A DNA stretch of 62,837 bases, from NCBI GenBank assembly GCA_964604135.1, contig CAZRXU010000003.1, positions 1 to 62,837 on the forward strand. The letters are read 5' to 3'. Below the pieces are notes generated by a model. That model had not been told where the DNA came from, ran no database searches, and saw only the letters and a list, made by a program, of their open reading frames with translations. The stretch is from an uncultured bacterium. GTDB lineage: Bacteria; Fermentibacterota; Fermentibacteria; Fermentibacterales; JCC-6. A program made the translations under genes and the position numbers. Positions 27,928 to 38,615 of this stretch are shown one piece after another (position 1 is the first letter of the stretch; every line of letters begins with the position of its first letter).

Positions 27928-28860
27928 CTAAAGACGGGGCTTCCTTATCAGCAAATACAGAAAGAAAGGTCCGCCGAGGAGAGACAGAATAACGCCAATA
28001 GGGAGTTCGGCGGGGGTTACAACTACCCTCGATAATATGTCTGCCCAGATCATCAGAACAGCTCCGCCAAGGGCTGATAGTGGAAGAAGCCTTCTGTAAT
28101 CACCGCCAACAAGCCGCCTTACCGTGTGTGGAACGATCAGCCCTACAAAACCCACAGGCCCCACTGCTCCCACAGCCCCTCCTGCAAGAACCGCAGCGGT
28201 AACAAGAAGGAAAAACCTTTCACGAACAGTGTTTACACCCCGTGACTCGGCCACCTCTGTTCCAGTAAGAAACTGGTTGAGCGTACCGGTTTTCATCATG
28301 GCGGGAATCATTCCAACAACCAGGAATGGAGCAAGAAACAATATTCTTGTGTATCCCGCCACTGCCAGGTCACCCATCATCCATCTTACAATCTCCACCA
28401 GACGGGATGCAGGGCTCATGTACTCAATCAGCAGCAGAACAGAGGCCCCTAGAAGGTTCACAGTTACACCTGCCAGGATCAGGTTGGAATGATCCCGTGA
28501 GCCCCGACCGGCAAGAAACCAGGTAAGTGTTGAGGCAGCAAGAGCCCCGGCAGTACTGGACAGGTATACAAGAAACACAGGCATAGCAACACCGGACAGT
28601 ATGATAAACCCTGCTGTAACCCCTGCTCCGGCACTTATTCCCAATGTGTAGGGTGTAGCCAGCGGGTTTCTAAGCACAGCCTGAAGAATACACCCGGACA
28701 CAGCAAGGCTGGCACCGGCTGTAATTGCAAGAAGAATTCTTGGAAGCCTCAGGTACACTATCACCTGACTGGAAGCCTTCCACCCAAGCGGTCCTGTAAT
28801 CAAAGACAGTACAATACCAAAAGCGGCAAGAACCAACAGAACTCCCAGAGTTGTTTTCAC
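27928..28860 (-). CDS. BtuC/FecCD-family ABC transporter permease
   Basis: LRLPRILLA...GASLAVSG..LQAVLRNPLATPYTLGISAGA, GPVGFVGLIVPH, PAELPIGVI...GGPFFLYLL; GTG 28860 overlaps the upstream TGA. Confidence 0.9.
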   Translation of the reverse strand: MKTTLGVLLVLAAFGIVLSLITGPLGWKASSQVIVYLRLPRILLAITAGASLAVSGCILQAVLRNPLATPYTLGISAGAGVTAGFIILSGVAMPVFLVYLSSTAGALAASTLTWFLAGRGSRDHSNLILAGVTVNLLGASVLLLIEYMSPASRLVEIVRWMMGDLAVAGYTRILFLAPFLVVGMIPAMMKTGTLNQFLTGTEVAESRGVNTVRERFFLLVTAAVLAGGAVGAVGPVGFVGLIVPHTVRRLVGGDYRRLLPLSALGGAVLMIWADILSRVVVTPAELPIGVILSLLGGPFFLYLLIRKPRL

Positions 28861-29645
28861 GATGAGCCGCCGGGAAAAACAATCCATCCGCTGTCTGGTG
28901 AACTTCGCTTTACTTCAATAGGCGTGTTGTACACTCTGGAAAGAAGATCTCCGGAACTGAATACAGCTTCTGGCTCCCCAAAGGCGAGAGACCTGCCTGC
29001 CGAAAGAAGCAGAACTCTGTTAAATGCGTTGCCGGACATCTCTATTCTGTGTGTGGTGGCCAGTATGATGATTCCAGTTGCCGCCAGATCAGAAAGAAGC
29101 TTCCACAACTGTGCGGCATGGCCGTAATCCAGTGACGAACCAGGCTCGTCAAGAAGAATAACATCAGTTTTCTGGGAAAGAACAGCAGCAAGATTCACCA
29201 GACGGCTCTCGCCGCCGGACATCTCATCTGTAAACTTCTGCGACAGATGACCTGCTCCAACCATCTCCAGAGCCTCCTGTGCTATTTCAATATCTTTCAC
29301 GGAATCATTCGACCATGCAGTTCTGTGTGGATACCTTCCCAGCAGAACGGTTTCAATGGCAGTAAGCCCTGTCGGAACAGGCGGGGACTGGGGAAGGTAG
29401 GCAATTCTCCGGGCTCTTTCGGTTCTTTTCATAGAGTGAATATCAACAGTGTCCAGAGCAACCAGACCTGAACTGTGAATTCCGGGAAAGCACAAAATAC
29501 CTTTCAGAAGCGTGCTTTTCCCGCTGCCGTTGGGTCCAATTACTGCGGTTACGCTTCCCTCTGCAATTTCCATAAATACACCGGAAACTGCGGTGGAATC
29601 TGCACTGTAGCCCACACTCAGATTCTTTACTGTCAGTTCAGGCAC
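28857..29645 (-). CDS. BtuD/FecE-family ABC transporter ATPase
   Basis: Walker A GPNGSGKST, RARRIAYLPQ, signature MSGGE, Walker B ILLDEP, H-loop ATH. Confidence 0.9.
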   Translation of the reverse strand: MPELTVKNLSVGYSADSTAVSGVFMEIAEGSVTAVIGPNGSGKSTLLKGILCFPGIHSSGLVALDTVDIHSMKRTERARRIAYLPQSPPVPTGLTAIETVLLGRYPHRTAWSNDSVKDIEIAQEALEMVGAGHLSQKFTDEMSGGESRLVNLAAVLSQKTDVILLDEPGSSLDYGHAAQLWKLLSDLAATGIIILATTHRIEMSGNAFNRVLLLSAGRSLAFGEPEAVFSSGDLLSRVYNTPIEVKRSSPDSGWIVFPGGSS

Positions 29646-30478
29646 TGTGCTATTCCAACAATGAGCTCGTGCAGTCGAGCCCCTGGAACAAGTACATAAT
29701 CACCTGTAAGAACACGAACGTTGGTGTCTTCAAGCCCGCTTTCTCTCCAGAGATCAAGGTTCGTTTCTCCGGTATGGTAGGGGTCCATAATTACAATGCG
29801 GTCGGGGGCCAGAGACAGTATGCCCTCTACGGATACCGCGGGATAACTGCCAGCTTCCGGAGCTGCTGTTACACAGCCCATACCGCTTATGATATCGGCG
29901 AAAAAGGTTCCCTGTCCCGCTACTGTTGCTGAACCGTCTGCATCAAGGAATACAACAATCATTACCCGAAGAGAATCCTGTGCCAGAATACTGTAAAGAG
30001 AATCAAGCGTTGTTTCTATCTCTTCTCTGAAACCGCCGAAGTCTGCCTCGGGATACAGGTTTTCAATGGTGTCACAGGAGCTGTACACATCAGCAAGTCT
30101 GTCGAATGAATACTGATAATAAGGAATACCAAGGCGCCCTGAAAGATCCTTCAGAGACTGATTGGTTCCAATAACATGAATCGAGGTTGCCCCCAGTGCT
30201 GTTATCATCTCCATTGAAGGCGTAAGGAAATCTCCCACCACAGCAAGATCCTGCACTTCCGGGGGCCATGTGGAAAACCGGTCTACTCCGGCAACTCTGT
30301 TCCATGCTCCCGACACAAAAAACATTTCAGTAAGTGACGGCCCGAACACAACTGCAGCTGTATCCTGGCTGGTGAGTTCTTCCTGAGATGTGTTTTGCTC
30401 GCTTTGTTCACTGCAGCCACTCAGTAACATCAAAATCGCGGAAACCGTCGCGAAGTGCTTTAATAGATGCCTTTTCAA
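29633..30478 (-). CDS. BtuF-like helical-backbone substrate-binding lipoprotein (cobalamin/iron complex)
   Basis: TTG 30478 gives MKRHLLKHFATVSAILMLLSGC (lipobox); PSLTEMFF..GA..RVAGVD, PSME.I.AL, TF..DII..MG, PAVSVEGIL.LAPD, PGARL. Confidence 0.8.
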   Translation of the reverse strand: MKRHLLKHFATVSAILMLLSGCSEQSEQNTSQEELTSQDTAAVVFGPSLTEMFFVSGAWNRVAGVDRFSTWPPEVQDLAVVGDFLTPSMEMITALGATSIHVIGTNQSLKDLSGRLGIPYYQYSFDRLADVYSSCDTIENLYPEADFGGFREEIETTLDSLYSILAQDSLRVMIVVFLDADGSATVAGQGTFFADIISGMGCVTAAPEAGSYPAVSVEGILSLAPDRIVIMDPYHTGETNLDLWRESGLEDTNVRVLTGDYVLVPGARLHELIVGIAQCLN

Positions 30479-31388
30479 TCTGTCTTGTCCTTTCCACAGA
30501 TAGCCCAAGAACTTCTGCAATCTCTGCCAGCCTATGTGTGTCGCCGTCGAGCAACCCGTAGCGCATTACAATAATGAACTTTGCCCTGCTGTCCAGTTTG
30601 CCGAGTGCATCTTCCACCATTTCGTTGAGTGGAATTGCTCCCGGATCCGGAACATCAGCAGCCAGCTGTTCTTCCAGAACAAGCCCTTTTTCTCCCACAG
30701 GAGTGTGTATGGAATCAACCACTTCAGAAAGACTTAGCAGAATAGACCAGTCCATCTGCCCGCCGGTCTCCGTCTCTATTTCGTGTGGTGCCGGGTATCT
30801 CCCTTCCGCAGCGGCAAAATCATCAATTATCTCTCTGAGGTATCTGCCCCTTCTAATAACATTGGCAGGTACCCGTACCAGCCTGTGCTGCCTCTCCAGC
30901 GCCAGAAGCACCTTCTTTCTGATACGGATAAGTGCATAGCTCAGGAACCCCTTGCTTCCGGAAAAGTCAAATCTTCTTACCGCGTCTAGAAGACCTACGC
31001 ATCCCTCCTGAACAAAATCCATTTCCTCCAGAGCGCCGGGGCTTCCTCTTGTGTACCGTCTGACGACGATAAGCACAAGACGAAGATTCCCCTCCACAAG
31101 CTCGGACTCGGCATCAAGAAGGGCATTGATGTTTTTGTTGGCTTCCTCTGTCAATACCGGATCTGTGATATTTTTCAGTTTCTGCCACAGTTTTTTCTGC
31201 ACCTGCGTCCAGTCTACCCTGCCTGTGTATTCCTTTTCCATATCCAGAAGTTTCAAAAGCTTCAGTCTGGTTCTTTTGATTGTTTCCGCCAGCTGCGATC
31301 TTCTTTCCCGCGTTGATACATCGGTTGTATCCACCACAGAACTGAATCTGTTTCTGGTGTCAAAAGCGACCTGTTTCTTACCGTTCAT
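30408..31388 (-). CDS. Atypical sigma70-family (RpoD/RpoS-like) sigma factor
   Basis: Region 2 LVEGNLRLV...DFVQEG.VGL..AV.RFD, RLVRVP, region 3 SIHTPVG, region 4 MRYGLLDG...LAEIAEVLGLSVERTRQIE; directly after dnaG. Confidence 0.85.
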   Translation of the reverse strand: MNGKKQVAFDTRNRFSSVVDTTDVSTRERRSQLAETIKRTRLKLLKLLDMEKEYTGRVDWTQVQKKLWQKLKNITDPVLTEEANKNINALLDAESELVEGNLRLVLIVVRRYTRGSPGALEEMDFVQEGCVGLLDAVRRFDFSGSKGFLSYALIRIRKKVLLALERQHRLVRVPANVIRRGRYLREIIDDFAAAEGRYPAPHEIETETGGQMDWSILLSLSEVVDSIHTPVGEKGLVLEEQLAADVPDPGAIPLNEMVEDALGKLDSRAKFIIVMRYGLLDGDTHRLAEIAEVLGLSVERTRQIEKASIKALRDGFRDFDVTEWLQ

Positions 31389-33090
31389 CTTCCGCTCTCA
31401 TGTCCACAAATTCCTCTAGAGCTATTGCCTTGCGCTCTGGATCCGAACTTGCAAGATCTTCCTGTAACCCCCTAAGCCTGGGGAGCTCTCTTCTTTTCCT
31501 TGTTATATCCCTCTTCAATTTCTGAACCTCCGGCAGTGGGACATTTTCCAGAACCCCTACGATATCTGCACAGTCGGCAGATAAATCCTCGGAAAGTTCA
31601 CCGATAACCACAGAAGTAAAACCAGTGCTGATCTGCTCTTTGAATGCGTCAAGAAGCCTGACAGCCCGATCTGTTGTTAAGTCACCAGCTCTCAGGAATT
31701 CTATAAAGTCACTGTTGTAAACCCCTCCTGCTGTGGCTACCTTCAGTATTACGGCATCTCCGCTTCCGAGACTATCTGTGCTCCGGCTGATATACCTGGT
31801 GCGATCTTCGGAACTCCTGATTTCATCACCCTTCTTTGCAAGGGCATCCCTGGAATAGCCGGTAAATTCTTCAACTTTCTTCTGAAGATCTTCTTCCACC
31901 AGTGGATTGGAAGATGAAACCGCCACCTCAAGAAGTCGTTCTGCCAGCCTCGTTCTGTTCGGCCCTTCCGGCAGTTTTCCATCGATAAGAGACACGCAAA
32001 ATGAAACAGGGTCATACGCAAAATTTAGAAGCTCCTCGAAAGCGTTCCTACCCCGGTTCTTCACAAAATCATCGGGATCCATTCCATCAGGCAGCCTGAT
32101 CACCAGAGGGTATGCTCCCTGAGCCAGCAGCTTTTCCGCTGCCTTTACGGCAGCTTTTCTGCCGGCTGAATCACCATCGTAGCAGATGTACTGTTTTTCC
32201 GCCATACCCATGAGATTTTTTGCCTGCTTTTCCGTAAGGGCGGTTCCACTGGTTGCAACAGTCTCAGAGTATCCTGCAGAGACAAGCCTTGCGTGGTCAA
32301 AATAACCCTCGACCAGAATAGCAATCCCCGATTGTCTTGCCTTCTTCTGTGCACTGCTGTACCCGTACAGAAAAGAACCCTTCCTGTAGATAACAGTTTC
32401 TGGACCATTCAGGTACTTTGGAACAGCATCTCCAAAACCCCTTGCCCCAAATGAAACAACTCTTCCCCTCCTGTCGTGAATGGGAAAGGTGAGTCGCTCT
32501 CTGAAACGATCGTATGGCTCTCCCCTGTCTGTAATAACAAGACCGGCATCACTCATAACTGAAACGGAATAACTAAGACTCCGAAGGTGTTTCAGAAGGG
32601 CGTTTCCCCCTGGTGCATACCCTATTCCTATTCCGGTTTCCTCCGGGTCTATGTCTCTTTTTTTAAGATAGTCTCTTGCCTTGCTTCCAGCAGGCCCGTT
32701 AAAGCACTTCCTGAAGAACTTCTGGGCATCATCAACAACATCAAACAGCCCCTTTGACAGCCCGGCGGATAACCTGCCGCCTCCTGAACCTTTCCTCAGG
32801 GTAATACCGGAGGCCTCTGCCAGTTCCTCCAGAACTTCCGGGAACTCCAGATTTTTTCGGGCCATAAGAAAATTGAACACATCTCCGCCAGCACCGCATC
32901 CAAAACACTTATAGGTTCCAGTCGCCGGAAAAACAATAAAACTGGGGGTTTTTTCTTTATGAAAAGGACACAACCCTTTCCATGTGTTACCTGACCTTTT
33001 TAACTCTACATACTGCTGAATAACAGACACTATATCTGTAGAACCCTTAACCAGCTCTACCTCATCGCTGTTGTACGCCACAGAATTCAC
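31378..33090 (-). CDS. dnaG: DNA primase
   Basis: CHC2 finger CPFHKEKTPSF...CFGCG, DRFRERLTFPI, PKYLNGPET, Toprim LVEGYFD and CYDGDSAG, DPDDFV. Confidence 0.95.
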   Translation of the reverse strand: MNSVAYNSDEVELVKGSTDIVSVIQQYVELKRSGNTWKGLCPFHKEKTPSFIVFPATGTYKCFGCGAGGDVFNFLMARKNLEFPEVLEELAEASGITLRKGSGGGRLSAGLSKGLFDVVDDAQKFFRKCFNGPAGSKARDYLKKRDIDPEETGIGIGYAPGGNALLKHLRSLSYSVSVMSDAGLVITDRGEPYDRFRERLTFPIHDRRGRVVSFGARGFGDAVPKYLNGPETVIYRKGSFLYGYSSAQKKARQSGIAILVEGYFDHARLVSAGYSETVATSGTALTEKQAKNLMGMAEKQYICYDGDSAGRKAAVKAAEKLLAQGAYPLVIRLPDGMDPDDFVKNRGRNAFEELLNFAYDPVSFCVSLIDGKLPEGPNRTRLAERLLEVAVSSSNPLVEEDLQKKVEEFTGYSRDALAKKGDEIRSSEDRTRYISRSTDSLGSGDAVILKVATAGGVYNSDFIEFLRAGDLTTDRAVRLLDAFKEQISTGFTSVVIGELSEDLSADCADIVGVLENVPLPEVQKLKRDITRKRRELPRLRGLQEDLASSDPERKAIALEEFVDMRAEDER

Positions 33091-35420
33091 CCCCTGAGCA
33101 GTACTATAGATGCCCCGGCTCCACCCTCTTCAGGCGAAGCAATTGTCACGCTCTCAAGCCTTCTGTCATGTCTGAGCCAATGGGTTATTCCCTCCATCAG
33201 CCGACCCTTCCCGTGTACAACTCTGATTCTTTTCAGACCAACTGCAACACAATTATCCAGCTTTATATCAAGTTCGGCAATGGCTTCGTCAACTGTCATT
33301 CCAAGAAGATCAGCTTCCGGGCTTTCCTGTATTGTCTGATACTCCGAAGACCCTTTCCTTTCCTCCTGAGGAATGTCAATTTTAATGAGACCATTCAATT
33401 TCTTTTTTACAAGAACAGAACCAATTCTAACCATTGCTGTAGAGCGACCCGCCTTTTCCACAATGCCGGGAACGGACCACCCTTCAATCATTACACTGTC
33501 GCCTGTATGAATATCTGAAGCAATGCCTTCCAGCTCTGCATTGCTTCCAGCAGATCTTTCACTTGCAGCTTCCTCAGTTGCCAGCTCACTGAGCATTTTT
33601 CTTGCCTTCCGCCTGTCTGCCGGTGAAGGAGAGTTGGCAATGGAAACCATCAGGGAATCCGCTCTGGACTGGATGCTCTTCAGTGTCCGGGTTTTCTCTT
33701 CGTCTACTGCTGCTATTTTCTCCACCAGACTGGCTCTTGTCTCCCGGAGCTGTTTTTCCAGGTGTTTTCTGCTCTTTCTGGCGTGTGTTCTGTCCTCGGA
33801 AAGATTCTTTATTTCTGCCAGACGCTTTTCCTCCAGTTCCCTAAGGCTGGTAACAAGACTGTCAAGACTGAAGGAATCACCTGCGAGACTGGATGCCTTC
33901 TCCAGCATTCTTTCTGGAAAACCAGCCATAGCAGCAGCTTCAAGGGTACAAGACGCTCCCGGAATATCCGGTACAAACTTGAAACCAGGAGTGAGAGACT
34001 CTGGATTGAAAGACATTGATGCGTTGTAAAATCCCGGTTTTTCCCCGGCAAGCAGTTTTAACTGCCCCATGTGCGTACTTACCAGGCACCTGACACCTGA
34101 ATCAGCCAGTTCTTCAAGAAAAACAACAGCAAGTGCGGCACCTGTAACCGGATCTGTTCCAGCTGCCGGTTCGTCAATAACCGCCAGTGTTTCGGAATCA
34201 CCAGACACAAGAATATTTTTCTGTTCTGACAGCCGCGCAGAGTATGTGCTAAGATGCATGTCTATAGACTGATTGTCTCCCATTGAAACCATTACTCTGC
34301 GGAAAAACGGCATTGAAGACCCGGAACCTGCGTGAACACCAAGCCCGCATCTGGCACAGATTGAAGCAAGTGACAGAGCTTTGAGAAGAACGCTCTTTCC
34401 ACCGGCATTGGGCCCGCTGATAATAAGAACACGCCAGTCTTCAGTTAGCCTGACTCTGCTCTTTACCACCGAATCCGGGGACAAGAGCGGGTGTGCCAGG
34501 TTGTGCAGATCCATCTGCCCTTCATGTGGAAACACTGTGCTGAAGAAAGTGTGATACCTGGCTCTGGCAAACACTGCATCGAGCCCGCTGAGTATGGAAA
34601 TACCCCTCTTTATCTCTTCAAGTCTTTCCCGCACTGCCAGTGTTGCCTCGCGAAGTATTCTTCTCCGCTCCTGCTGGAGATCAAAAACAGCTTCCTGCAA
34701 CTCATTCCCCGCCTCAACCAGCTCTGCCGGTTCTATAAACAGAGTTGCCCCGCTTTCAGATCTGTCGTGAATCAGCCCCTTAACAAGTCCTCTTTTCCCA
34801 GAGAAAACTGGAAGAACATACCTTCCGGACCTCATTGTTGGCGGGGAATCCCGCAGAATTCCCTTCCCGGCCAGCCGCCCTGAGATTTTTGAAAGTTTTG
34901 ATGCGAGTGATGCTCGAAGACTCTGAATTTTCCGGGAAAGCTTCTTAAGTTGCGGAGATGCGTCTGCAGCCAGTTCCCCCTCTGAAGTGGTAATACGCAG
35001 CAGTTGCCTTGAAAGACCATCCAGAATTGGAATACCGCTGATCACAGAGTCAAGAATTCCCGATACGGTGCTGGAAACACTGTTTACTCTGTCTGAAAAC
35101 ACTTTCATGTCACAAAGCATTCCACCTGTTGACCTAAGATGGACAGGTTCAATAGCAACAACTCCGGTATCAAGCTCACTTACCGCATCTATAATACCCT
35201 GTAAGTTTGAAACAGGTGGTTCAACACCTGCGCTTAGAAGCTCTGCAGCGTGCAGGGTCTCATTCATAAGAACCCCGGCATCGGATCTGTTTTGCGAAGG
35301 AAGAAGCTGTGAAACAAGAATTCTTCCGGATCGACTGCCGGCATAATTCTGAACAACCTCCAGAATTCTGAAAAACTCAAGCCGGGAAAGATCCTGATTT
35401 TCAGTCACCAGCGCTGACAC
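33087..35420 (-). CDS. mutS2: MutS2 (endonuclease / collided-ribosome rescue factor) with C-terminal Smr domain
   Basis: RSGRYVLPV, HDRSESGATLFIEP, ISGPNAGGKSV, IDEPAAGTDP, STH, PGASC, Smr DLLGMTVDEA...VVHGKG...GGAGASIV. Confidence 0.92.
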   Translation of the reverse strand: MSALVTENQDLSRLEFFRILEVVQNYAGSRSGRILVSQLLPSQNRSDAGVLMNETLHAAELLSAGVEPPVSNLQGIIDAVSELDTGVVAIEPVHLRSTGGMLCDMKVFSDRVNSVSSTVSGILDSVISGIPILDGLSRQLLRITTSEGELAADASPQLKKLSRKIQSLRASLASKLSKISGRLAGKGILRDSPPTMRSGRYVLPVFSGKRGLVKGLIHDRSESGATLFIEPAELVEAGNELQEAVFDLQQERRRILREATLAVRERLEEIKRGISILSGLDAVFARARYHTFFSTVFPHEGQMDLHNLAHPLLSPDSVVKSRVRLTEDWRVLIISGPNAGGKSVLLKALSLASICARCGLGVHAGSGSSMPFFRRVMVSMGDNQSIDMHLSTYSARLSEQKNILVSGDSETLAVIDEPAAGTDPVTGAALAVVFLEELADSGVRCLVSTHMGQLKLLAGEKPGFYNASMSFNPESLTPGFKFVPDIPGASCTLEAAAMAGFPERMLEKASSLAGDSFSLDSLVTSLRELEEKRLAEIKNLSEDRTHARKSRKHLEKQLRETRASLVEKIAAVDEEKTRTLKSIQSRADSLMVSIANSPSPADRRKARKMLSELATEEAASERSAGSNAELEGIASDIHTGDSVMIEGWSVPGIVEKAGRSTAMVRIGSVLVKKKLNGLIKIDIPQEERKGSSEYQTIQESPEADLLGMTVDEAIAELDIKLDNCVAVGLKRIRVVHGKGRLMEGITHWLRHDRRLESVTIASPEEGGAGASIVLLRG

Positions 35421-35471
35421 AATCTATCTCCAGACCACTGCAGCCACCGGGAATTCGCTGGGCTTCAGATA

Positions 35472-36557
35472 CTATCTGCGTTTTACCTTGAATGAGTGCA
35501 GTTCTTCCATCTTCTTGAGAAATTCCTTCTCACCGCGTTTAACTTTCGAGGGAACATAAATATCTATCTCGACAATCAGATCACCGCGCCCCCGCCTGTT
35601 AAGCCTGCCCATCCCCTGATGTTTTATCTTAAGCCTCGTACCGGCAGATGTTCCACTGCCAACCTTCACCACCGTTGAGTCACCGTCTGGAAGGGGAATT
35701 GTAAACTCTGCCCCCAGTACAGCCTGAGGATACGAAATTGTCAGAGAGTAAACGAGATCATCTTCTTCCCGCACGAATGAACCGTAGTCGATTTTGTTGA
35801 TAAGCAGCTTCAAGTCCCCTGGAACGCCACCCTGTCCAGGATGATGCCCCTGCCCCCGCAACCTTATGTAGTGGCCCTTTGAAAGACCTGCAGGGAGATC
35901 AACAGCAATGGTAGACTTCTTTTTTTCGTAGCCCTTTCCCCTGCAACTTGAGCAAAGCTTTCTGGGAATGCTTCCGCTGCCTCTGCATGTGGGGCATTTG
36001 CTTACAGTTCGGAAACTGCCCAACAGTGTATTTCTTACAGATGCAACCTGTCCGGAACCTTTGCACTGTCTGCAGGTATCCGACCCTGCTTCAGGGTCTG
36101 CCCCTGTACCGGAACAGCTGCTGCATGAAACATTTCTCTCTACTTCTATTTCCTGCCTGCCGCCAAGAACTGCATCCTGAAGATCCAGATTAACCTTTAC
36201 AACGAGATCTTCGCCTCTGATTGCCCCGGAACGGGAACCGCTAGACGCAAAACCGAAATTTTCCATAAACGCCCGCAGAGCATCATCGAGACCAAACCCG
36301 CTAAAGATGTCTTGCATACCACCCATACCACCGAAAGACCCGGCAGGCTCGGTGGTACCGTAACGATCAAAGGCATCCCTTCTTGAAGGGTCGCTTAGTA
36401 TTTCATACGCCTTTGCAGCCTCTTTAAACCGCTCTTCAGCCTGATGATCACCGGGGTTTCGATCCGGATGATTCTTCATAGCAGCAGCACGGTAGGCCTT
36501 CTTAATTTCTTCCGGGGACGCACCTCTGTTTACGCCCAGTACTTCGTATGGATTCAT
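35472..36557 (-). CDS. dnaJ: Chaperone DnaJ
   Basis: J-domain NPYEVLGV...IKKAYR...HPDRN; G/F region; four CxxCxGxG repeats; C-terminal GDLIVEI. Confidence 0.95.
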   Translation of the reverse strand: MNPYEVLGVNRGASPEEIKKAYRAAAMKNHPDRNPGDHQAEERFKEAAKAYEILSDPSRRDAFDRYGTTEPAGSFGGMGGMQDIFSGFGLDDALRAFMENFGFASSGSRSGAIRGEDLVVKVNLDLQDAVLGGRQEIEVERNVSCSSCSGTGADPEAGSDTCRQCKGSGQVASVRNTLLGSFRTVSKCPTCRGSGSIPRKLCSSCRGKGYEKKKSTIAVDLPAGLSKGHYIRLRGQGHHPGQGGVPGDLKLLINKIDYGSFVREEDDLVYSLTISYPQAVLGAEFTIPLPDGDSTVVKVGSGTSAGTRLKIKHQGMGRLNRRGRGDLIVEIDIYVPSKVKRGEKEFLKKMEELHSFKVKRR

Positions 36558-36617
36558 GGGGCGAAATATAACAACCGCAGAGAGGAAAAAACAAAATGAA
36601 CGCCGAAGAAAACTCTG

Positions 36618-38489
36618 CTACTCAGGATTATTCTTCTCTGTATCAACTTTTGTTATGGAATCAAGAAACTCTGAAGCAGCGTTATCTTCATCTGTTTCAA
36701 ACACTTCAACAAGTTTTGAAATCGAGCCGTTCAGCTGCCGAACTTCATCGATGGCATTTTCCAGGGCCAGTGAATCATCTCCATCGCGTAAAACCTTAAG
36801 CTTCTTGGTCTCTCCGTCGAGTTCTTCCCATGAGCCCTTGTCCAATTCCTCCCGGGCAATCTTTAGTGTTCTGGAAGCCCTGTAAATAACTTCATCCGCT
36901 TCGTTCCGAAGGCCTACAAATTTTATTCTGATCTTATCCGCATCGGCATTGGCTCTGGCTTCCCTGCGAAGCCTCTCTATCTCTGAACTGCTTAAGCCGC
37001 CGCTGGGGTTAACCTTAATACTCTGCTCCTGGCCAGTGGTCGTATCCCTGGCGGAAACATTAAGAATTCCACTGGCATCAATCTCAAAAACAACTTCAAT
37101 ACGGGGTTCACCGCGTTTGGCAGCTGCAATTCCCCGCAATTCGAAGGTTCCCAGGCTTCTGTTACCGTCAATAACTTCCCGCTCGCCCTGAACCACATGT
37201 ACACCAACCACAGACTGGTTATCGCTGGCAGTTGTAAATATCCTGCTGTTTCGAGTAGGGATAGGGCTGTTTCTTCGAATAATAGGGGCAAGAACGCCGC
37301 CGAGAGTTTCAACGCCCAGAGTCAGCGGGGTAACGTCTATAAGAACAAGATCCTTCCTCTGACCGGAAAGAACCGAACTCTCAATAGCTGCACCAAGCGC
37401 CACAACTTCGTCGGGATTAACCGATTGAGCCGGTTTCATTCCAAAGAATTCTTCGACCAGCTTCTGAACAAGAGGAATTCTTGTTGAACCTCCCACAAGA
37501 ACAACATGGTCAAGCTCTTTGATCTTCATCCCTGCATCTTCCACAGCATCTCTGCACAGTGGTATGGTTTTACGGATCAGCTCACCTGCAAGTTCCTCGA
37601 ACAGCTTTCTTGTAATGGTTATTTCCAGATGAACAGGTCCGGATTCGCCGGTGGCGATAAACGGCAGATTGATATCGGTTTCCTGGGTCATGGACAGCTC
37701 GCACTTTGCCCGTTCAGCAGCCTCTCTAACCCGTTGCGGTGCTATGTTATCTGTTGACAGATCTATTCCCGTTTCCGACTTGAACTCACTCATTATCCAT
37801 TGAACAAGCTTCGTGTCGAGATCATCACCACCAAGACTTGTATCTCCCAGAGTAGCTTTTACCTCAAAAACACCATTCAGCACCTGCAAAACACTTACAT
37901 CAAATGTTCCGCCGCCAAAATCGTAAACAACAAGTTTTTTCTTGCCTTCCGGCTCGATAAAGGCCAGTGCGGCAGCGGTGGGCTCGTTAAGAACCCTTCT
38001 AACTTTGAATCCTGCAATTCTGCCTGCAGCCTTGGTTGCCTGACGCTGAACCTCATTGAAATATGCTGGAACTGTAATCACCGCATCGGTAACCTCTTCA
38101 CCCAGAAACTCCTCTGCTGTGTTTTTAAGCTGCTGCAGAATAATTGCCGATATTTCCGGTGGTGTGTACACACGATCCATGATTCTAACGGCAGCATCAC
38201 CGTTGCTGTTTTCAACTATTTCATAAGATACATCATTCACGTGGCTGGCAACCTCAGCATAACGACGCCCCATGAGCCTCTTTATACTGTTTACCGTGTT
38301 TCTTGGATTGGTAATGGCTTGTCTTCTGGCCACAAGGCCAACCAGTCTTTCTCCCTTTGCAGAAAACGCCACCACAGAAGGCATGACCCTCGAACCGCTC
38401 TTTGATTGTATAACTGTGGGGAGCCCGCCATCGCTGAAGGCGATGCAGGAGTTCGTTGTTCCAAGGTCAATTCCTATGGTTCTTCCCAT
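36618..38489 (-). CDS. dnaK: Hsp70 chaperone DnaK (possibly a secondary paralog)
   Basis: ATG 38489 after GGAGG; [76 protein letters not shown]. Confidence 0.93.
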   Translation of the reverse strand: MGRTIGIDLGTTNSCIAFSDGGLPTVIQSKSGSRVMPSVVAFSAKGERLVGLVARRQAITNPRNTVNSIKRLMGRRYAEVASHVNDVSYEIVENSNGDAAVRIMDRVYTPPEISAIILQQLKNTAEEFLGEEVTDAVITVPAYFNEVQRQATKAAGRIAGFKVRRVLNEPTAAALAFIEPEGKKKLVVYDFGGGTFDVSVLQVLNGVFEVKATLGDTSLGGDDLDTKLVQWIMSEFKSETGIDLSTDNIAPQRVREAAERAKCELSMTQETDINLPFIATGESGPVHLEITITRKLFEELAGELIRKTIPLCRDAVEDAGMKIKELDHVVLVGGSTRIPLVQKLVEEFFGMKPAQSVNPDEVVALGAAIESSVLSGQRKDLVLIDVTPLTLGVETLGGVLAPIIRRNSPIPTRNSRIFTTASDNQSVVGVHVVQGEREVIDGNRSLGTFELRGIAAAKRGEPRIEVVFEIDASGILNVSARDTTTGQEQSIKVNPSGGLSSSEIERLRREARANADADKIRIKFVGLRNEADEVIYRASRTLKIAREELDKGSWEELDGETKKLKVLRDGDDSLALENAIDEVRQLNGSISKLVEVFETDEDNAASEFLDSITKVDTEKNNPE

Positions 38490-38586
38490 ATCAAATTCCT
38501 CCAGTAAAATAACCTGGCCTTGTAAGCAGTCAAACCCCGGTAACAACAAATTCTGTCGTGACAACCGGGCTGTTAATCATCTGGAA

Positions 38587-38615
38587 ATAGTATCGCATAC
38601 ATCGTGCAGTGTCAA
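38587..38615 (-). promoter_or_regulatory. Sigma70-type promoter upstream of dnaK
   Basis: TTGACA-N17-TACTAT on the minus strand; the -35 box overlaps the mtnA stop codon. Confidence 0.7.

Noticed and set aside
38490-38611. CIRCE or sigma32 heat-shock element before dnaK
   Set aside because: No TTAGCACTC-N9-GAGTGCTAA or CTTGAA/CCCCAT boxes; a sigma70 promoter explains the region.
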